Origin: Longimicrobiales bacterium
GTDB taxonomy: Bacteria; Gemmatimonadota; Gemmatimonadetes; Longimicrobiales; Gaopeijiaceae
DNA: 64,000 nt
Direction of reading: 5' to 3'
NCBI GenBank assembly: GCA_965198065.1
Contig: CBDAON010000004.1
Span: 1,760,001 to 1,824,000 of the forward strand
Below, in pieces: positions 39,726 through 51,144 of the stretch (its first letter is position 1; each line of letters opens with the position of its first letter). The notes below the pieces were generated by a model. It ran no database searches. It saw nothing but the letters and a program-made list of their open reading frames with translations, and was not told the origin of the DNA. The position numbers and the translations under genes are program-made.

Positions 39726-40127
39726 TCAGCCCTCCACCGGCGCTGCCGCAAGCGCCCGGATCCGCTCCATGTGACTGGAAGCGGCCAGCATGATGCTCTC
39801 CAGCGCATCCTGCAGCTCGGCGAAGTCCATGGTTTCCAGCTGGAGCGTCTCGGTCAGAACGAGCTCGTTCTCTTCCAGGCCGTAGGCGCCATGGATCACG
39901 TCGTTGGCATTGAGCTCGAGCAAGGTCCGGAAGAGCTCTTCTCGGCTGCCGGTGCCCGGCTCCAGATCCATGACCTTCAGGCGGAGCACGAGCAGAGGGG
40001 AAGAGTGGTTCGCGACGACGGTCAGGCCCTCGGATCTGCCGCGGACGAGGTAGATCCCTTCCGCGATCTCCTCGTACTCGGCATCCATCCGGATGAAGTA
40101 GCTCTCCAGATCCTCGCGGCTCACCAT
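39726..40127 (-). CDS. YbjN/CesT-like chaperone-fold protein
   Basis: LFRTLLELNA..VIHGAYGL; GGAGG RBS. Confidence 0.75.
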   Translation of the reverse strand: MVSREDLESYFIRMDAEYEEIAEGIYLVRGRSEGLTVVANHSSPLLVLRLKVMDLEPGTGSREELFRTLLELNANDVIHGAYGLEENELVLTETLQLETMDFAELQDALESIMLAASSHMERIRALAAAPVEG

Positions 40128-40418
40128 GTTCCCTCCATGCAGGTTGCTGCGGCGTGGGGCGGCCGGAGGGCTGCCCTCTCTCTGATACGGGTGCCTCTCC
40201 CAGAGGGTCCGCCGGAGCCAGAGCCTCGAGGAGCGCTCATGTGTGGAAAGCCTTACGGCGGCCCTCACGGAAAGATTCAGGGGACAGGCGAAACCCACGC
40301 CCGGTCGCGTTACGCGCGCTCGACGTTCCTCAGTTACAGGACACTAGCTTAGAGGGGCACCCCACCGGGAGCAATGATGGGCACGCTCAGAGGAGGGAGA
40401 CCGCCGCCCGACGCTCCC

Positions 40419-43316
40419 CTACACCTCCACGCCCATCCCCACCAGCGCGCGAGCCAGGTACTCGCCCGTCGGCGATCCCTCCGTCCCGGCGACGGCCTCG
40501 GGGGTTCCTTCCGCCACGATGCGACCGCCCCCGCTACCACCCTCGGGTCCCAGATCGATGATCCAGTCTGCCGTCTTCACGACCTCGAGGTTGTGCTCGA
40601 TCACGATCACAGTGTTCCCGAGGTGCACGAGCCGGTGGAGCACGTTGAGAAGGAGCTTCACGTCATGGAAGTGGAGCCCCGTGGTCGGCTCGTCCAGGAT
40701 GTAGAGGGTCTTCCCGGTTGCCCGCTTCGAGAGCTCAGCGGAGAGCTTGATCCGTTGCGCCTCACCCCCGGAAAGCGTCGTCGCCGGCTGGCCCAGGTGG
40801 ACGTATCCCAACCCCACGTCGGAGATCGTCTGGAGCTTCCCGCGGATCTTCGGCACCGCCTGGAAGAACTCGAGGGCTTCGTCCACGGTCATCTCCAGGA
40901 GGTCCGCGATGGTCCTACCGCGATAGTGGACCTCCAGCGTCTCCCGATTGTATCGCTTCCCCCGGCAAACGTCGCAGGGCACGTATACGTCGGGGAGGAA
41001 ATGCATCTCGATCTTGACCATGCCGTCCCCCGTACAGGCCTCGCATCGTCCGCCCTTCACGTTGAAGGAGAACCGCCCGGGGTCGTATCCCCTAATCTGC
41101 GCTTCGGGAAGCTCCGCGAAGAGCTTCCGGATGGGCGTGAACACCCCGGTGTACGTGGCCGGGTTCGATCGTGGGGTCCGTCCGATGGGCGATGGATCCA
41201 CCTCGATCACCTTGTCCACGTGCTCAAGCCCTTCCACCCCGTTGTGCGCGAGCGGCAGCTCCCTGGCGCCGTGGAAGTGCCTCGCCAGCGCCCGGTAGAG
41301 CGTCTCGTTCACGAGCGTCGACTTGCCGGACCCGGACACGCCCGTCACGGCCACGAAGCACCCGAGCGGAAACGATGCGTCGATCCCGGCCAGGTTGTGG
41401 CCCCGCGCTCCATACAGCTGGAGCATGCGCTCGGTGTCCGCGGCACGTCGTGATTCGGGCAGCTCGATTCGCTGTCCCCTTCGGAGGTACGCGCCGGTGA
41501 GGGATTCCCGGCTCGTCATTACGTCCTCGAGGGTCCCGGAGCCCACGACGCGCCCTCCCCGACGCCCCGCCCCGGGGCCTAGGTCCACGAGGTAGTCCGC
41601 TCGGCGCATTGTCTCCTCATCGTGCTCCACGACGAGGACGGTGTTGCCCAGGTCCCGGAGGGCCTCGAGCGTGTCGAGCAACCGCGCATTGTCTCGTTGG
41701 TGGAGCCCGACCGACGGCTCGTCCAGCACGTACAGCACTCCGACCAGACGGCTGCCGATCTGCGTGGCCAGTCGGATCCGTTGGCCCTCTCCACCCGACA
41801 GGCTATCCGCCGACCTCCCGAGCGTGAGGTACCGGAGCCCGACGTCCTCGAGGAATCCGAGCCGCTCGCGGACCTCCTTCAGGATCGGCGTCGCGACCTC
41901 GGCCGGGAGCGCCGGGGGTCCCGACCTCGCGGACGCGGCTCGTTTGCCCCTCTCGCCGGCGATCGGGAGCGACTCGAAGAAGGTGCGCGCCTCACCGACG
42001 GACATGGCCACGACCTCGGCGATCCCCCGCCCCCCGATCGTTACCGCACGGGACTCGGGCCTGAGGCGCGACCCCTCACAAGCCGCGCACGGCCGCGCCG
42101 TCATGTACTGGGAGAGCTGCTCCCGCACGGAATCGGACGACGTCTCCCGATAGCGTCGGAGAACCCCTTCCACGACACCGGCCCAGGGCTCCGAGTAGCT
42201 GTGGTCCCTGCCGCTTCTGCGGTAGGGAAAACGGATCTTCATCCTGCCGGATCCAAGCATCACCGCGTCCCGCGCCTCCTGGGACAGCTCCCGCCACGGA
42301 GCCGCGGGGTCGAACTCGTACGCTTCGGCCAGCCCGGGGAGCACCGAGCGCCGCAGGTGCCCGCGGAGTTCTCCCCACGGAAGGATCACGCCCTCGAGGA
42401 TGGAGAGCTCCGGAGCCCCGATCATGAGCTCAGGGCTCACCTCGTGCCGGCTCCCTAGTCCGTCGCACTCGGAGCATGCCCCGTGGGGCGAGTTGAACGA
42501 GAACTGACGAGGCTCAAGCTCCGCCAGGCTCACGCCGCAATAGACGCAGGCGTACTGCTCGCTGAAGAGATGCGACTCGGGGTCCCCACCGCCCGCCCGA
42601 TGCCCGAGCACCTCGACGATCCCGCCGGCCGTCCTCAGCGCGACCTCGACCGAATCCGCGAGACGGTCTCGATCCTTCTTAGCCACGATGAGTCGGTCCA
42701 CGACCACGGCGACGTCATGGTTCTCGTACCGATTGAGGGCCGGAGGCCTTGCCAGGTCATGCATCTCGCCGTCCACGCGCACCCGGACGAACCCCTCCTT
42801 CCGCGCTTTCTCGAACAGCTCCCTGAACTCCCCCTTTCGCCCCCGCACCAGGGGGGCAAGCACCTGGATCCGGGTGCCGTCACCCAGCTCGAGGACGCGA
42901 TCCACGATCTGCGTGGCCGACTGGCGGAACACGGGGCGGCCGCACTCCGGGCAGTGGGGAGTGCCGAGCCTCGCCCACAGCAGGCGCATGTAATCGTAGA
43001 TCTCGGTGACCGTGCCGACCGTCGAGCGTGGGTTACGGGAGATCGTCTTCTGCTCGATCGAAATCGCGGGCGAGAGGCCCTCGATCGAATCGACGTCCGG
43101 CTTCTCCATGAGCCCCACGAACTGGCGGGCGTAGGCGGAGAGGGACTCGACGTAGCGGCGCTGTCCCTCGGCGTAAATCGTGTCGAACGCGAGCGAGCTC
43201 TTCCCCGAGCCCGACACCCCCGTAATGACGACGAGGCGCTCGCGGGGGATCTCCAGCGAGATGTTCTGGAGATTGTGCTCCCGGGCACCTCGGACCGTCA
43301 GCGAACCACGGCTCAT
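40419..43316 (-). CDS. uvrA: Excinuclease ABC subunit A
   Basis: GAREHNL, two GVSGSGKS Walker A motifs, two LSGGE motifs and Zn fingers. Confidence 0.97.
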   Translation of the reverse strand: MSRGSLTVRGAREHNLQNISLEIPRERLVVITGVSGSGKSSLAFDTIYAEGQRRYVESLSAYARQFVGLMEKPDVDSIEGLSPAISIEQKTISRNPRSTVGTVTEIYDYMRLLWARLGTPHCPECGRPVFRQSATQIVDRVLELGDGTRIQVLAPLVRGRKGEFRELFEKARKEGFVRVRVDGEMHDLARPPALNRYENHDVAVVVDRLIVAKKDRDRLADSVEVALRTAGGIVEVLGHRAGGGDPESHLFSEQYACVYCGVSLAELEPRQFSFNSPHGACSECDGLGSRHEVSPELMIGAPELSILEGVILPWGELRGHLRRSVLPGLAEAYEFDPAAPWRELSQEARDAVMLGSGRMKIRFPYRRSGRDHSYSEPWAGVVEGVLRRYRETSSDSVREQLSQYMTARPCAACEGSRLRPESRAVTIGGRGIAEVVAMSVGEARTFFESLPIAGERGKRAASARSGPPALPAEVATPILKEVRERLGFLEDVGLRYLTLGRSADSLSGGEGQRIRLATQIGSRLVGVLYVLDEPSVGLHQRDNARLLDTLEALRDLGNTVLVVEHDEETMRRADYLVDLGPGAGRRGGRVVGSGTLEDVMTSRESLTGAYLRRGQRIELPESRRAADTERMLQLYGARGHNLAGIDASFPLGCFVAVTGVSGSGKSTLVNETLYRALARHFHGARELPLAHNGVEGLEHVDKVIEVDPSPIGRTPRSNPATYTGVFTPIRKLFAELPEAQIRGYDPGRFSFNVKGGRCEACTGDGMVKIEMHFLPDVYVPCDVCRGKRYNRETLEVHYRGRTIADLLEMTVDEALEFFQAVPKIRGKLQTISDVGLGYVHLGQPATTLSGGEAQRIKLSAELSKRATGKTLYILDEPTTGLHFHDVKLLLNVLHRLVHLGNTVIVIEHNLEVVKTADWIIDLGPEGGSGGGRIVAEGTPEAVAGTEGSPTGEYLARALVGMGVEV

Positions 43317-44152
43317 AGCGCCATGAGGCGCGCGATTCGTTCCTCCGTCGGAGGGTGGGTGCGGAAAAGGCCGAGGAACGCCCCACCGCGCACCCCGGCC
43401 AGTGGGTTCACGATCGCGAGCTGCGCGCCGGCCGGGTTCACCTGCATGGGGATCTTCTTGGAGTACGCCTCGAGCCGCCGGAGCGCGCTCGCCAGCCCCT
43501 GCGGGGATCCCGAGATGAGCGCCCCGGTGCGGTCGGCCTGGAACTCGTTTGCGCGGCTGATTCCCATCTGGACGATCATCGCGGCCAGGGGCGCCACGAT
43601 CGACATGACGATGAGCCCCATCAGATTCCGATCGCCATCCCGCCCGCCGAACCCGAAGATCGCGCCCCAGCGCGCGATCGTCGCGAGCATGGCGATCGCG
43701 CCCGCCATGGTGGCGGCCACGGTCGACACCAGCATGTGGTAGTGCTTGATGTGGGCGAGCTCGTGGGCGATGACGCCCTCCAGCTCCTCGCGATCCACCA
43801 GCTTGAGGAGCCCGGCCGTCACACACACGACCGCCTTCTCGTGGTTCCGGCCCGTCGCAAAGGCATTCGGCTGCTCGGACGGCGCGACGGCCAGGGTCGG
43901 CATCGGGAGGTCGGCTCGCTGCCGCAGCTCGTCCACCATGCGATAAAGCTCGGGCGCGTCGTCGGGCCCGATAATCCTGGCCCGGTACATCCGGAGGACG
44001 GCCCTATCGCTGAACCAGAACATCCCGAAGTTCATAACGGCCGCCAGCGCGAAGAAAAGGATGGCGCCCTGCTGGCCACCGAAGTAGCCACCGAGCACCA
44101 CCAACAGCGCGGTGAGCCCCGCCATCAACAAGAAGACCTTCAGTTGCTGCAT
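43313..44152 (-). CDS. htpX: Zinc metalloprotease HtpX
   Basis: PNAFATG, HELAH and THPP. Confidence 0.95.
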   Translation of the reverse strand: MQQLKVFLLMAGLTALLVVLGGYFGGQQGAILFFALAAVMNFGMFWFSDRAVLRMYRARIIGPDDAPELYRMVDELRQRADLPMPTLAVAPSEQPNAFATGRNHEKAVVCVTAGLLKLVDREELEGVIAHELAHIKHYHMLVSTVAATMAGAIAMLATIARWGAIFGFGGRDGDRNLMGLIVMSIVAPLAAMIVQMGISRANEFQADRTGALISGSPQGLASALRRLEAYSKKIPMQVNPAGAQLAIVNPLAGVRGGAFLGLFRTHPPTEERIARLMAL

Positions 44153-44365
44153 GCTCCTCTCCTCAGGTAGCCGGGCGTGGGGCGGTCGCGTGACCGTCTG
44201 ATCCCGGAGCCCGCTGAACGTTCGACACGATCGCCGCCGGTCGGGGCGAGCCCCGCGGGCCGCGGTCGAGTACGCTCCTACCCCGCGGTGCTCTGAGGGG
44301 TGCCGGACGGCGACACGCTTCGAGGGGTGCCTGGCCGCAACCCCTTTTGGTTCGTCGGCAACCCG

Positions 44366-47300
44366 TCAATACCCCCACTCCCGGTAGAGGGAAAGGCCCA
44401 ACACCTTCGAGAGCCTGACCCCAAGCGTTCCGAACCCAGTCGTCGCCTCGCGCGCAAAGCGGTCCTCGACGAAGCCCTCCACGGACCAGGTGTCCGTGAA
44501 CCTCCACTCAACCCGAGCACCGGGGAACGTCTGGCTCACGGCTCCAAACCCTGAGAGAGGGCGCACGACGAGCGCGAGGAAGAGGTCCTGGCCGAGGTAG
44601 CGGCCGACCTCGATCTGCGTGTACGCAAGCGATCCGGAAAGGCCCGCCGTCGATTCCACTGCCGCGCCGTCCTGCAGCTGCGTGATCGAGAAGTAGTCGA
44701 ACCCGACCTCGCGACCGACCAGCTGGCCGAGGCTCGAGGCCACCGCACCCACCCCGAGGGTCACCCCGGCACCGGCGGCCCGCCGGAGGACGCTCGTCTC
44801 CGCCGAGGCCAGCGCGTACGAGGGCCTCCCGAAGATGAGGTAGCTGACGAGGTCGGACTCGGCGATCGGGGGCTGGGTGTCCGAGGCAAGGGTGACCCGT
44901 GGGCTCACGAGCGTGCCCTCGACGTTGGCCGTGATGTCGAGCAGCTCGCCAGCCTCGCGCCGGAGACGGGTCACCGCCTGGATGGCCAGGGTCGGGTTGA
45001 TCCCGGCGGTGCCCAGGAACTGGACGGTCCCGGACGTGACCTGGAACTGTTTCCCGACCACGTCGTAAGTGCCGCGGATCGGTTCGAGATCGCCGACGAG
45101 GAAGACCTCCCGATCGGACCGGGCGTGCTCCACGTCCAGGTTGCCCCCGATCTCGATGTTCATCTCGCGGCTCCGGAGCCAGAAGTCGCCCTGGAGGGCG
45201 AGACCGACCTGCACCCGGAAGTTCTGAAGGAAGGGGTTGCGCGCGGCGTCCACCGCCGGTCTCACGCCCACGAAGGTCGTGTCCAGGACCTCGAGGAGGG
45301 AGGGGTCCGTGAGATCGATCACCTCGGTCGTCCGCGCGAACTCATCGAGGAAGAGCTCTCCCTGCTCGACCTGGACGGTCCCGCTGACCTCCGGGGCGGA
45401 GTACCGCCCGGCGAGACGTACGTCGCCGCCCAGCCGTACCACCATGTCCCGGCGGCTCACGGTCTGAAACCCCGCCGCCGTCACCATCAGGGACTCGAAC
45501 ACCGGATCGGAGACGTCGGCTACGTCGATCGTGCCCGACACCCGAGCCGTTCCCACTGAAGTGACGGCGCCCTCCACGTCCACCAGGCCCTCCTCGCGGA
45601 GGGTGAGACTCATGACGATGTCCTCGGGGCGGATCCCCAGCTCCGAGAGGAGCACGCGGCCGCCGGACATCCGAACCTCCCCGCTGGGACGGAGGTCCGT
45701 CGGAGTCCCTCGGAGCCGGATCTGCCCGTTGACGTTCCCCTCGACCTCCTCCAGAACGTCGAGAAAGGCCAGCGCCGTCGCGGCGGGGAGGGAGTCCACG
45801 GAAATCGTGACGTCCATCTCCCGGTCGAGGAGCCGTCGGTCCACGGCACGGAGAGACAGATCCGCCGGAACGCGGCCTTCCACGTCCAGACGTGTGCTCC
45901 CGGACAGGATTCCGACGAGCCGGCCTTGAAGGAGCTGATCCCCGTACTCCACAGTGCCTTCGACCCGCGAGAGCCCCGCGCCACCGGACGAAAAGTCGTC
46001 GATCGCGACGGCGGCAGTCATTCGGGGCGACGACGCCGGGCCCGTGACGTCGAGGGAGAGGTCCACGATTCCGGCCGGAAGCCGATCGGTCTGGAGGATC
46101 CCGGCGAGGAGGTCGATATTGACGCCCTCGAGCCGTACGCTCAGGTCCGACTCCTCGTCCAGGTCCAGGAGGCCGTTCGCCTCGATCCGCGCCGCCCTCC
46201 CGGCCCCGCCCTCCGGTCGCGCCACCCGAAAGCTGTCCACACGCACCAGGGATCCCGAGACCATGACCCGAGTCGGCGCAGCGAGGGACCACTCCGACGC
46301 GTCGATGTCGAGGACCAACGTCTCGAGGGCCACGTCCACCGCCACCGAGTCGTGCGTGAGGGAACCGCGAGCGCGATACGCTTCGTTCCCGTCCTTCCTG
46401 ATATCCACACGAAAGGCCCCGCGGCCCGGCCCGTACTGGAGCTCCCCGCTCGCCGACTCGAGCGTGAAGCCATCGCCCGAGAAGGCCTCGATGTCTACGA
46501 CGCCCTCCGCGCTCCAATCCCCGTCCCGCTGCCAGCTGCCGAGGAAATCGGCGCGACCGGATCCCACGGACGTCGCGCCGTAAATCAGATCGGCCACCTC
46601 GACGAACCCGTCCGCGGACAGGCTCGCCGCGGAGCCGACGAGTCGGATCTCACCTTCCGCGCTCCCGTCGAGCTCGATGCGGCTCAGTGCCGACAGGGTG
46701 TCCGGATCCACCCCCTCGAGCACCAGGAGATCGCGCTCTAGCTGGGACAACGTGTCCGCCGCGATGGGGTCGGGCCCGAACAGCGCGGGCCGGAGGGCGG
46801 CGAGCGAAGACGTCGAGAAGAGGACGAAGACCTCCCCGTCCGGCGCTCCCTCCTGGAGCGGCAGGCTTCCTGAGCCCGAGAGCTCGAGTACGGGCGAGCG
46901 CAGATCGAGGGCGTCGAGGGTGATTCTCCCCTCCAAGGCCACGACCCGGCCCTCGAGCAGCTCCAGCTCGACGCCGGCGATCCGAGACTGCCGGAGGCTC
47001 ACGAACCCGTTCCCGGAGAGCGACTCGATATCGTGCCCGGCGCCCTGGAGCCGGAAGTCGCCGGTCACCACGGTAGGGTCCGGGAGTCGCGGAACGAGCG
47101 CGTGCAACCGGAACTCCTCGACCGACCCCTCCACGGCATACGCCCTCGACGGATCGCGGGCGTCGAACCGGCCCGACGCCTCGACAAAGCCGGCCGGAGT
47201 GACCACGCGGCCGGAGACCGACAGCTCCGAGAGGTTGCCCTCCGCACGGACTTCTCCCGACATCATCCCCGAGACGGGAAGGTCCCGAGCGAGTGCCTGC

Positions 47301-48844
47301 CCAAGGCCATCCAACGAGAGCAGATCCAGGGTCCCGTCCAGCTCGAGCGCGAGATCATCCGCCTCTTCTCGCAGGGTCCCGCGCACCGCGACCCGAGAGC
47401 GCGGTGACTCCGGCGTCCAGTGCTCGATCTCCCCATCGATCGCGAGGCCCGTTCCGAGGCTTCCGCTCAGCGTCGCCTCCGCGCGTCCGTCGCCCGTCAG
47501 ATCGAGCTCGGGGAACACCTGCGCGAGAGACTCGTAGCGGAAGGGGTCCAAGGTGAGAGAGAGCCCGGACGTTCGAATACCGTCATCGAGTCCGACCCCT
47601 CCGTCGAATCGAGCGGCCCAACCGGGCCACCTCCCTTCCGGGTCCTCGTACGTCACGTCGCCGCTCGCCTGGAGGCTCCCGAGCTCACCGCTCACGGAAA
47701 CGTGGCCGCGGACCCGCCCTTCTCTCGACAGGGACTCGGGGAGCCAGGGCTCCACGTCGGCCAGGTCGAGCGGAAGTAACTCCACCTCCGAGGGGAGCAG
47801 CGTGACGGCGCCGCCGAGACGAAGGCCCGCGCTCCCGCTCACTCGACTCGCCCCGACCCGAAATCCGCTCGACGAGACGCGCCACTCACTCACCCCGAGC
47901 GGTCCCGTCGCACGGACTACTACCGGTCCCGCTCCGTCCGGGAGGCGAGGCTCGAGCCAACGCAGATCCGCGAGCCGAAGCTCTTCCGACTCGAGTTCGG
48001 CCTCGACGGTGGTCTCGCCGTCGGGGCCACCCCACCGGATAGCCCCCTGGCCCGCCAGCCGCGACCCCCCCAACCCCACCCGCTCGGCGACGAGGGTCAC
48101 CTCGGAACCCTCCCGCGTCACGGTGCCGCGGAGCTCCGTCACGTCAAAGGGCACGTCCAGGATGTGTGCAGTAAGAACGAGGTCTTCGATCGATACGCGC
48201 TGGCCCCCTCCCGGTGTGCCCACGAGCAGGGCTTCCGACACCCGACCCTCCATGCCCTCCAGACGCACGACCCGCACAGGACGGTCCCACCCGGGAAGGG
48301 TCTCGATCACCGCTCGCGACGGGCCGGCGGGTTGGGTGACCGGGAGGCCCACGACGACCTCGCCCTCGTGGATCTCGACGTCCCGAAGTACGACTGAGAA
48401 GCCGGAGCTCTCGTCCGGTGGCCCGCCCGCCGGACCGCGTGCCCTGAACAACGTCTCAATGTTGCTCGGGACGCCCTGCTCGCCCCACTCGATCGTGAGG
48501 CGCGGAGCCCAGATGCGGGCCGGTACAAGAACGATGTTCCTTCGGATCAGGTCCGGGAACGAATATCTGACGTCGAGCGAGTCAGCCTCGATGACCGGGC
48601 GTCCGCCGGCATCCCGGATGGTCAGGCCGTGGAGCCGGAATCCGCTCAAGATGCTTCCCGCCTGGACTCCCCCGACGTCGACCTGCCCGTTCACCTCCCC
48701 AGAAAGTTGCCGGACGGCCACTCTCAACAGGTACTCGTGGCCGGGCTGCGTGCGCACGAGGAGGAGGATCCCGACCGCCAGGACCGTGCCCGGGGCGAGG
48801 ACCGCGGCGACCAGCCAGCCGAAGCCCCTCACGAACCGCCGCAT
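44366..48844 (-). CDS. tamB: Translocation/assembly module TamB-like protein
   Basis: N-terminal anchor, long beta-rich body and a DUF490-like C-terminus. Confidence 0.85.
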   Translation of the reverse strand: MRRFVRGFGWLVAAVLAPGTVLAVGILLLVRTQPGHEYLLRVAVRQLSGEVNGQVDVGGVQAGSILSGFRLHGLTIRDAGGRPVIEADSLDVRYSFPDLIRRNIVLVPARIWAPRLTIEWGEQGVPSNIETLFRARGPAGGPPDESSGFSVVLRDVEIHEGEVVVGLPVTQPAGPSRAVIETLPGWDRPVRVVRLEGMEGRVSEALLVGTPGGGQRVSIEDLVLTAHILDVPFDVTELRGTVTREGSEVTLVAERVGLGGSRLAGQGAIRWGGPDGETTVEAELESEELRLADLRWLEPRLPDGAGPVVVRATGPLGVSEWRVSSSGFRVGASRVSGSAGLRLGGAVTLLPSEVELLPLDLADVEPWLPESLSREGRVRGHVSVSGELGSLQASGDVTYEDPEGRWPGWAARFDGGVGLDDGIRTSGLSLTLDPFRYESLAQVFPELDLTGDGRAEATLSGSLGTGLAIDGEIEHWTPESPRSRVAVRGTLREEADDLALELDGTLDLLSLDGLGQALARDLPVSGMMSGEVRAEGNLSELSVSGRVVTPAGFVEASGRFDARDPSRAYAVEGSVEEFRLHALVPRLPDPTVVTGDFRLQGAGHDIESLSGNGFVSLRQSRIAGVELELLEGRVVALEGRITLDALDLRSPVLELSGSGSLPLQEGAPDGEVFVLFSTSSLAALRPALFGPDPIAADTLSQLERDLLVLEGVDPDTLSALSRIELDGSAEGEIRLVGSAASLSADGFVEVADLIYGATSVGSGRADFLGSWQRDGDWSAEGVVDIEAFSGDGFTLESASGELQYGPGRGAFRVDIRKDGNEAYRARGSLTHDSVAVDVALETLVLDIDASEWSLAAPTRVMVSGSLVRVDSFRVARPEGGAGRAARIEANGLLDLDEESDLSVRLEGVNIDLLAGILQTDRLPAGIVDLSLDVTGPASSPRMTAAVAIDDFSSGGAGLSRVEGTVEYGDQLLQGRLVGILSGSTRLDVEGRVPADLSLRAVDRRLLDREMDVTISVDSLPAATALAFLDVLEEVEGNVNGQIRLRGTPTDLRPSGEVRMSGGRVLLSELGIRPEDIVMSLTLREEGLVDVEGAVTSVGTARVSGTIDVADVSDPVFESLMVTAAGFQTVSRRDMVVRLGGDVRLAGRYSAPEVSGTVQVEQGELFLDEFARTTEVIDLTDPSLLEVLDTTFVGVRPAVDAARNPFLQNFRVQVGLALQGDFWLRSREMNIEIGGNLDVEHARSDREVFLVGDLEPIRGTYDVVGKQFQVTSGTVQFLGTAGINPTLAIQAVTRLRREAGELLDITANVEGTLVSPRVTLASDTQPPIAESDLVSYLIFGRPSYALASAETSVLRRAAGAGVTLGVGAVASSLGQLVGREVGFDYFSITQLQDGAAVESTAGLSGSLAYTQIEVGRYLGQDLFLALVVRPLSGFGAVSQTFPGARVEWRFTDTWSVEGFVEDRFAREATTGFGTLGVRLSKVLGLSLYREWGY

Positions 48845-48846
48845 GC

Positions 48847-51144
48847 TCAGAAAGCCTGGCCGATGGAGACGTGAAGCTGGAGGCGGTTCCAGATCGATCC
48901 TCCCCCTTCCTCGAACGCGACGAGCGGCCCGAGCGGAGCGAGGTCCTCTCGGCGCACCCAGTCGATCACGTTCCCGTCGGGCCCCTGGAGCCGATCCGAC
49001 GGGGCGTCACGTCCAGGCTCGTAGGGACAGAGCTGCGAGGTCACCACCGGCCGCCTCGAGATCTCCCGCCCCCGGTAGGCGAGGTCGATCCTCACCGGAC
49101 CGACCGGCGTGCCATAGCGGAGCCCGACGCCCGGCCCCAGCACGAGGCCATCGAAGGTGAAGCGCCCGCCCCCGTCCCACACCTGTCCGAAGTCCAGAAA
49201 CGCAGCACCCGAGATTCGCGGTCCCCACATGGGGAAGCGCAGCTCAACGCTTCCCTCCACGTGACGGCTCCCACCCGTCGGCCGCGCGACGAAGGCACCG
49301 GCGACGAGTGGTGACGCGTCACACGTGAGCGCGAGGACCTCCTCCGGATCACACGCGGCTTCCACGCCCTCCAGGGTGGGAAAGAGGAGGTCCTCCAACC
49401 GGACCGACGCCACCTGCGGCCCGAGCTGGTTCTGGGGATATGCGCGAACCGAGTTCGAGCCCCCCGCGTAAAACCGCTTCTGGGGGTGAGCGACCTCGCG
49501 GCCACCGCTCAAGTCGGCCCCGGTCAGGCCCTCAAAGGCCCCGGCATCGAGCCAACCCCCTCGGAGCCGGCCCGCCAGGACGACCTCGCCGCCGAGCCCC
49601 CAGAAAGCCGTCGCCTCGGTGAGCCCCCGCCGATACGCGAAGTCAGAGCCGTTCCAGGAGGCCGCCACCTCCAGATCGGCCAGGAACGTGTAGCCTCCCG
49701 TGGGCGCCAGGGCCCGGTTCGTACGGTCCCGTAAGAAGGAGAGCCCCATGGGCACGAGCCAGTTCGAGGCCTGAAGGATGTCGATGTCGAGGGGGTTGCA
49801 GACGAGGACGCTCGTGCAGAAGAAGATCTCCGCCGCGTCGAGCCGGGCCAGCTGGGGACGGTACGAGAGGGTGAGGGGACTCGCCCTCCCGAGGCTTCGG
49901 ATCAGGTTCAGATTCAGTCCAAGGGCCTCGCGAACGAACACATCCTGGAGGCTCTGTCGTTCCGCGAATATGGACGCGGAGAAGGAATGCCGCGGGGTGA
50001 AGACGAACGGCTGCGTGAAATCGGCCGACACGACCCAGTTCGGGTCCCCGTACACGTCGGTGCCGGCTCCCGCGCAAACCGACTCCTCGAGCGCGTGGGT
50101 CAGGACGTTCGACACCCGGCCGCGCACGACCAGGTTCCGGGCCCCGCCGAAGAAGTTGAAGCTGGACCACTGCGACTCGGCGCTGAAGCACTCGGCCGTG
50201 CTCCACGCGCCGCCGGCGCGCACCTGGTGGCGATCACCCTCGTTCACCGTGACGGTGAGCGGGACGACGCTGTCGGGCTCGTTCGCCAGGTCCTCCAGGA
50301 TCGATGCGTGCGAGAGGATCTGCAGGCTGTAGAGGTTCCGCTGTCCCTCGAAGAGGAGTTCGCGGTTGTAGAGCGTGCCTTCGGCAAAGGGGAGCATCCA
50401 CCGGATCAGGGTGTCGTCTAGTGCCCCGCCCCCGTCGTCCGGCCCGCGAACGATGGCGATCTGCCCGAAGCGGGCCGGCGGGCCCGTGTAGACGCTGAAC
50501 TCGACCTCGGCCTCCCTCGATCCTGCAGGGATGAAGAGGTTCCGGAGCACCTCCACGTGCGCGTACCCCCGGTTCCGGAGCCGCCGCCCGAGGCTGGCGC
50601 GCGCCACCTCGAGGAGGAGCTGGTTCAGGGGATCGCCGACAGATACCGGCAGGTTCTCGGCCAGGGAAGGATCGTCGATGTCCTCGAGCCCGAAGACGTC
50701 GAGGGAGGCGATGCGGTAGGGCTCCCCCTCCTCGATACGGAAGGTGATCCGCGCGCGATTCCCGTCCTCCCGTACGACCGTCGTGTCGACCTGAGCCTCA
50801 CGGAAGCCGCGCCGTGCGTAGAGGACGAGAAGCCTCCGGTAATCGTCCTCGAACTCCCGGGGGTTCAGGTACGACCGGTCGAACGCGAACTCGGCCCCCG
50901 TCCAGCAGAGGAATCGGAGCGGCACGAGGACGAGGGCGCCGAATCGGCACGTCGTGGGGCGGGTGAGGATCCCCGCGGCGAGAACCTCGTCAGCCACCGC
51001 CTCGTTGCCCTCGAACGCGAGCGACAGGACCTCCGGGCGCGTCGGAGTCTGGGCTTCGAGAGGTCCCCGGCCCGCTCCCCAAGGTCCGGCCAGCTCCCCG
51101 ACGCCCGCGAGAACGAGCAGGACCGCCGCGGCCCGACCCCTCAT
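48847..51144 (-). CDS. TamA/BamA-family Omp85 protein
   Basis: POTRA-like segments, FYAGGSNSVRAY, TPVGPVRID and HVSIGQAF. Confidence 0.88.
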   Translation of the reverse strand: MRGRAAAVLLVLAGVGELAGPWGAGRGPLEAQTPTRPEVLSLAFEGNEAVADEVLAAGILTRPTTCRFGALVLVPLRFLCWTGAEFAFDRSYLNPREFEDDYRRLLVLYARRGFREAQVDTTVVREDGNRARITFRIEEGEPYRIASLDVFGLEDIDDPSLAENLPVSVGDPLNQLLLEVARASLGRRLRNRGYAHVEVLRNLFIPAGSREAEVEFSVYTGPPARFGQIAIVRGPDDGGGALDDTLIRWMLPFAEGTLYNRELLFEGQRNLYSLQILSHASILEDLANEPDSVVPLTVTVNEGDRHQVRAGGAWSTAECFSAESQWSSFNFFGGARNLVVRGRVSNVLTHALEESVCAGAGTDVYGDPNWVVSADFTQPFVFTPRHSFSASIFAERQSLQDVFVREALGLNLNLIRSLGRASPLTLSYRPQLARLDAAEIFFCTSVLVCNPLDIDILQASNWLVPMGLSFLRDRTNRALAPTGGYTFLADLEVAASWNGSDFAYRRGLTEATAFWGLGGEVVLAGRLRGGWLDAGAFEGLTGADLSGGREVAHPQKRFYAGGSNSVRAYPQNQLGPQVASVRLEDLLFPTLEGVEAACDPEEVLALTCDASPLVAGAFVARPTGGSRHVEGSVELRFPMWGPRISGAAFLDFGQVWDGGGRFTFDGLVLGPGVGLRYGTPVGPVRIDLAYRGREISRRPVVTSQLCPYEPGRDAPSDRLQGPDGNVIDWVRREDLAPLGPLVAFEEGGGSIWNRLQLHVSIGQAF

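Noticed and set aside
40130..40415. Possible ncRNA or IS-end relic (minus strand ctagtgtcctgtaactgag) between uvrA and the YbjN-like gene
   Set aside because: No partner inverted repeat or recognisable RNA family was found.
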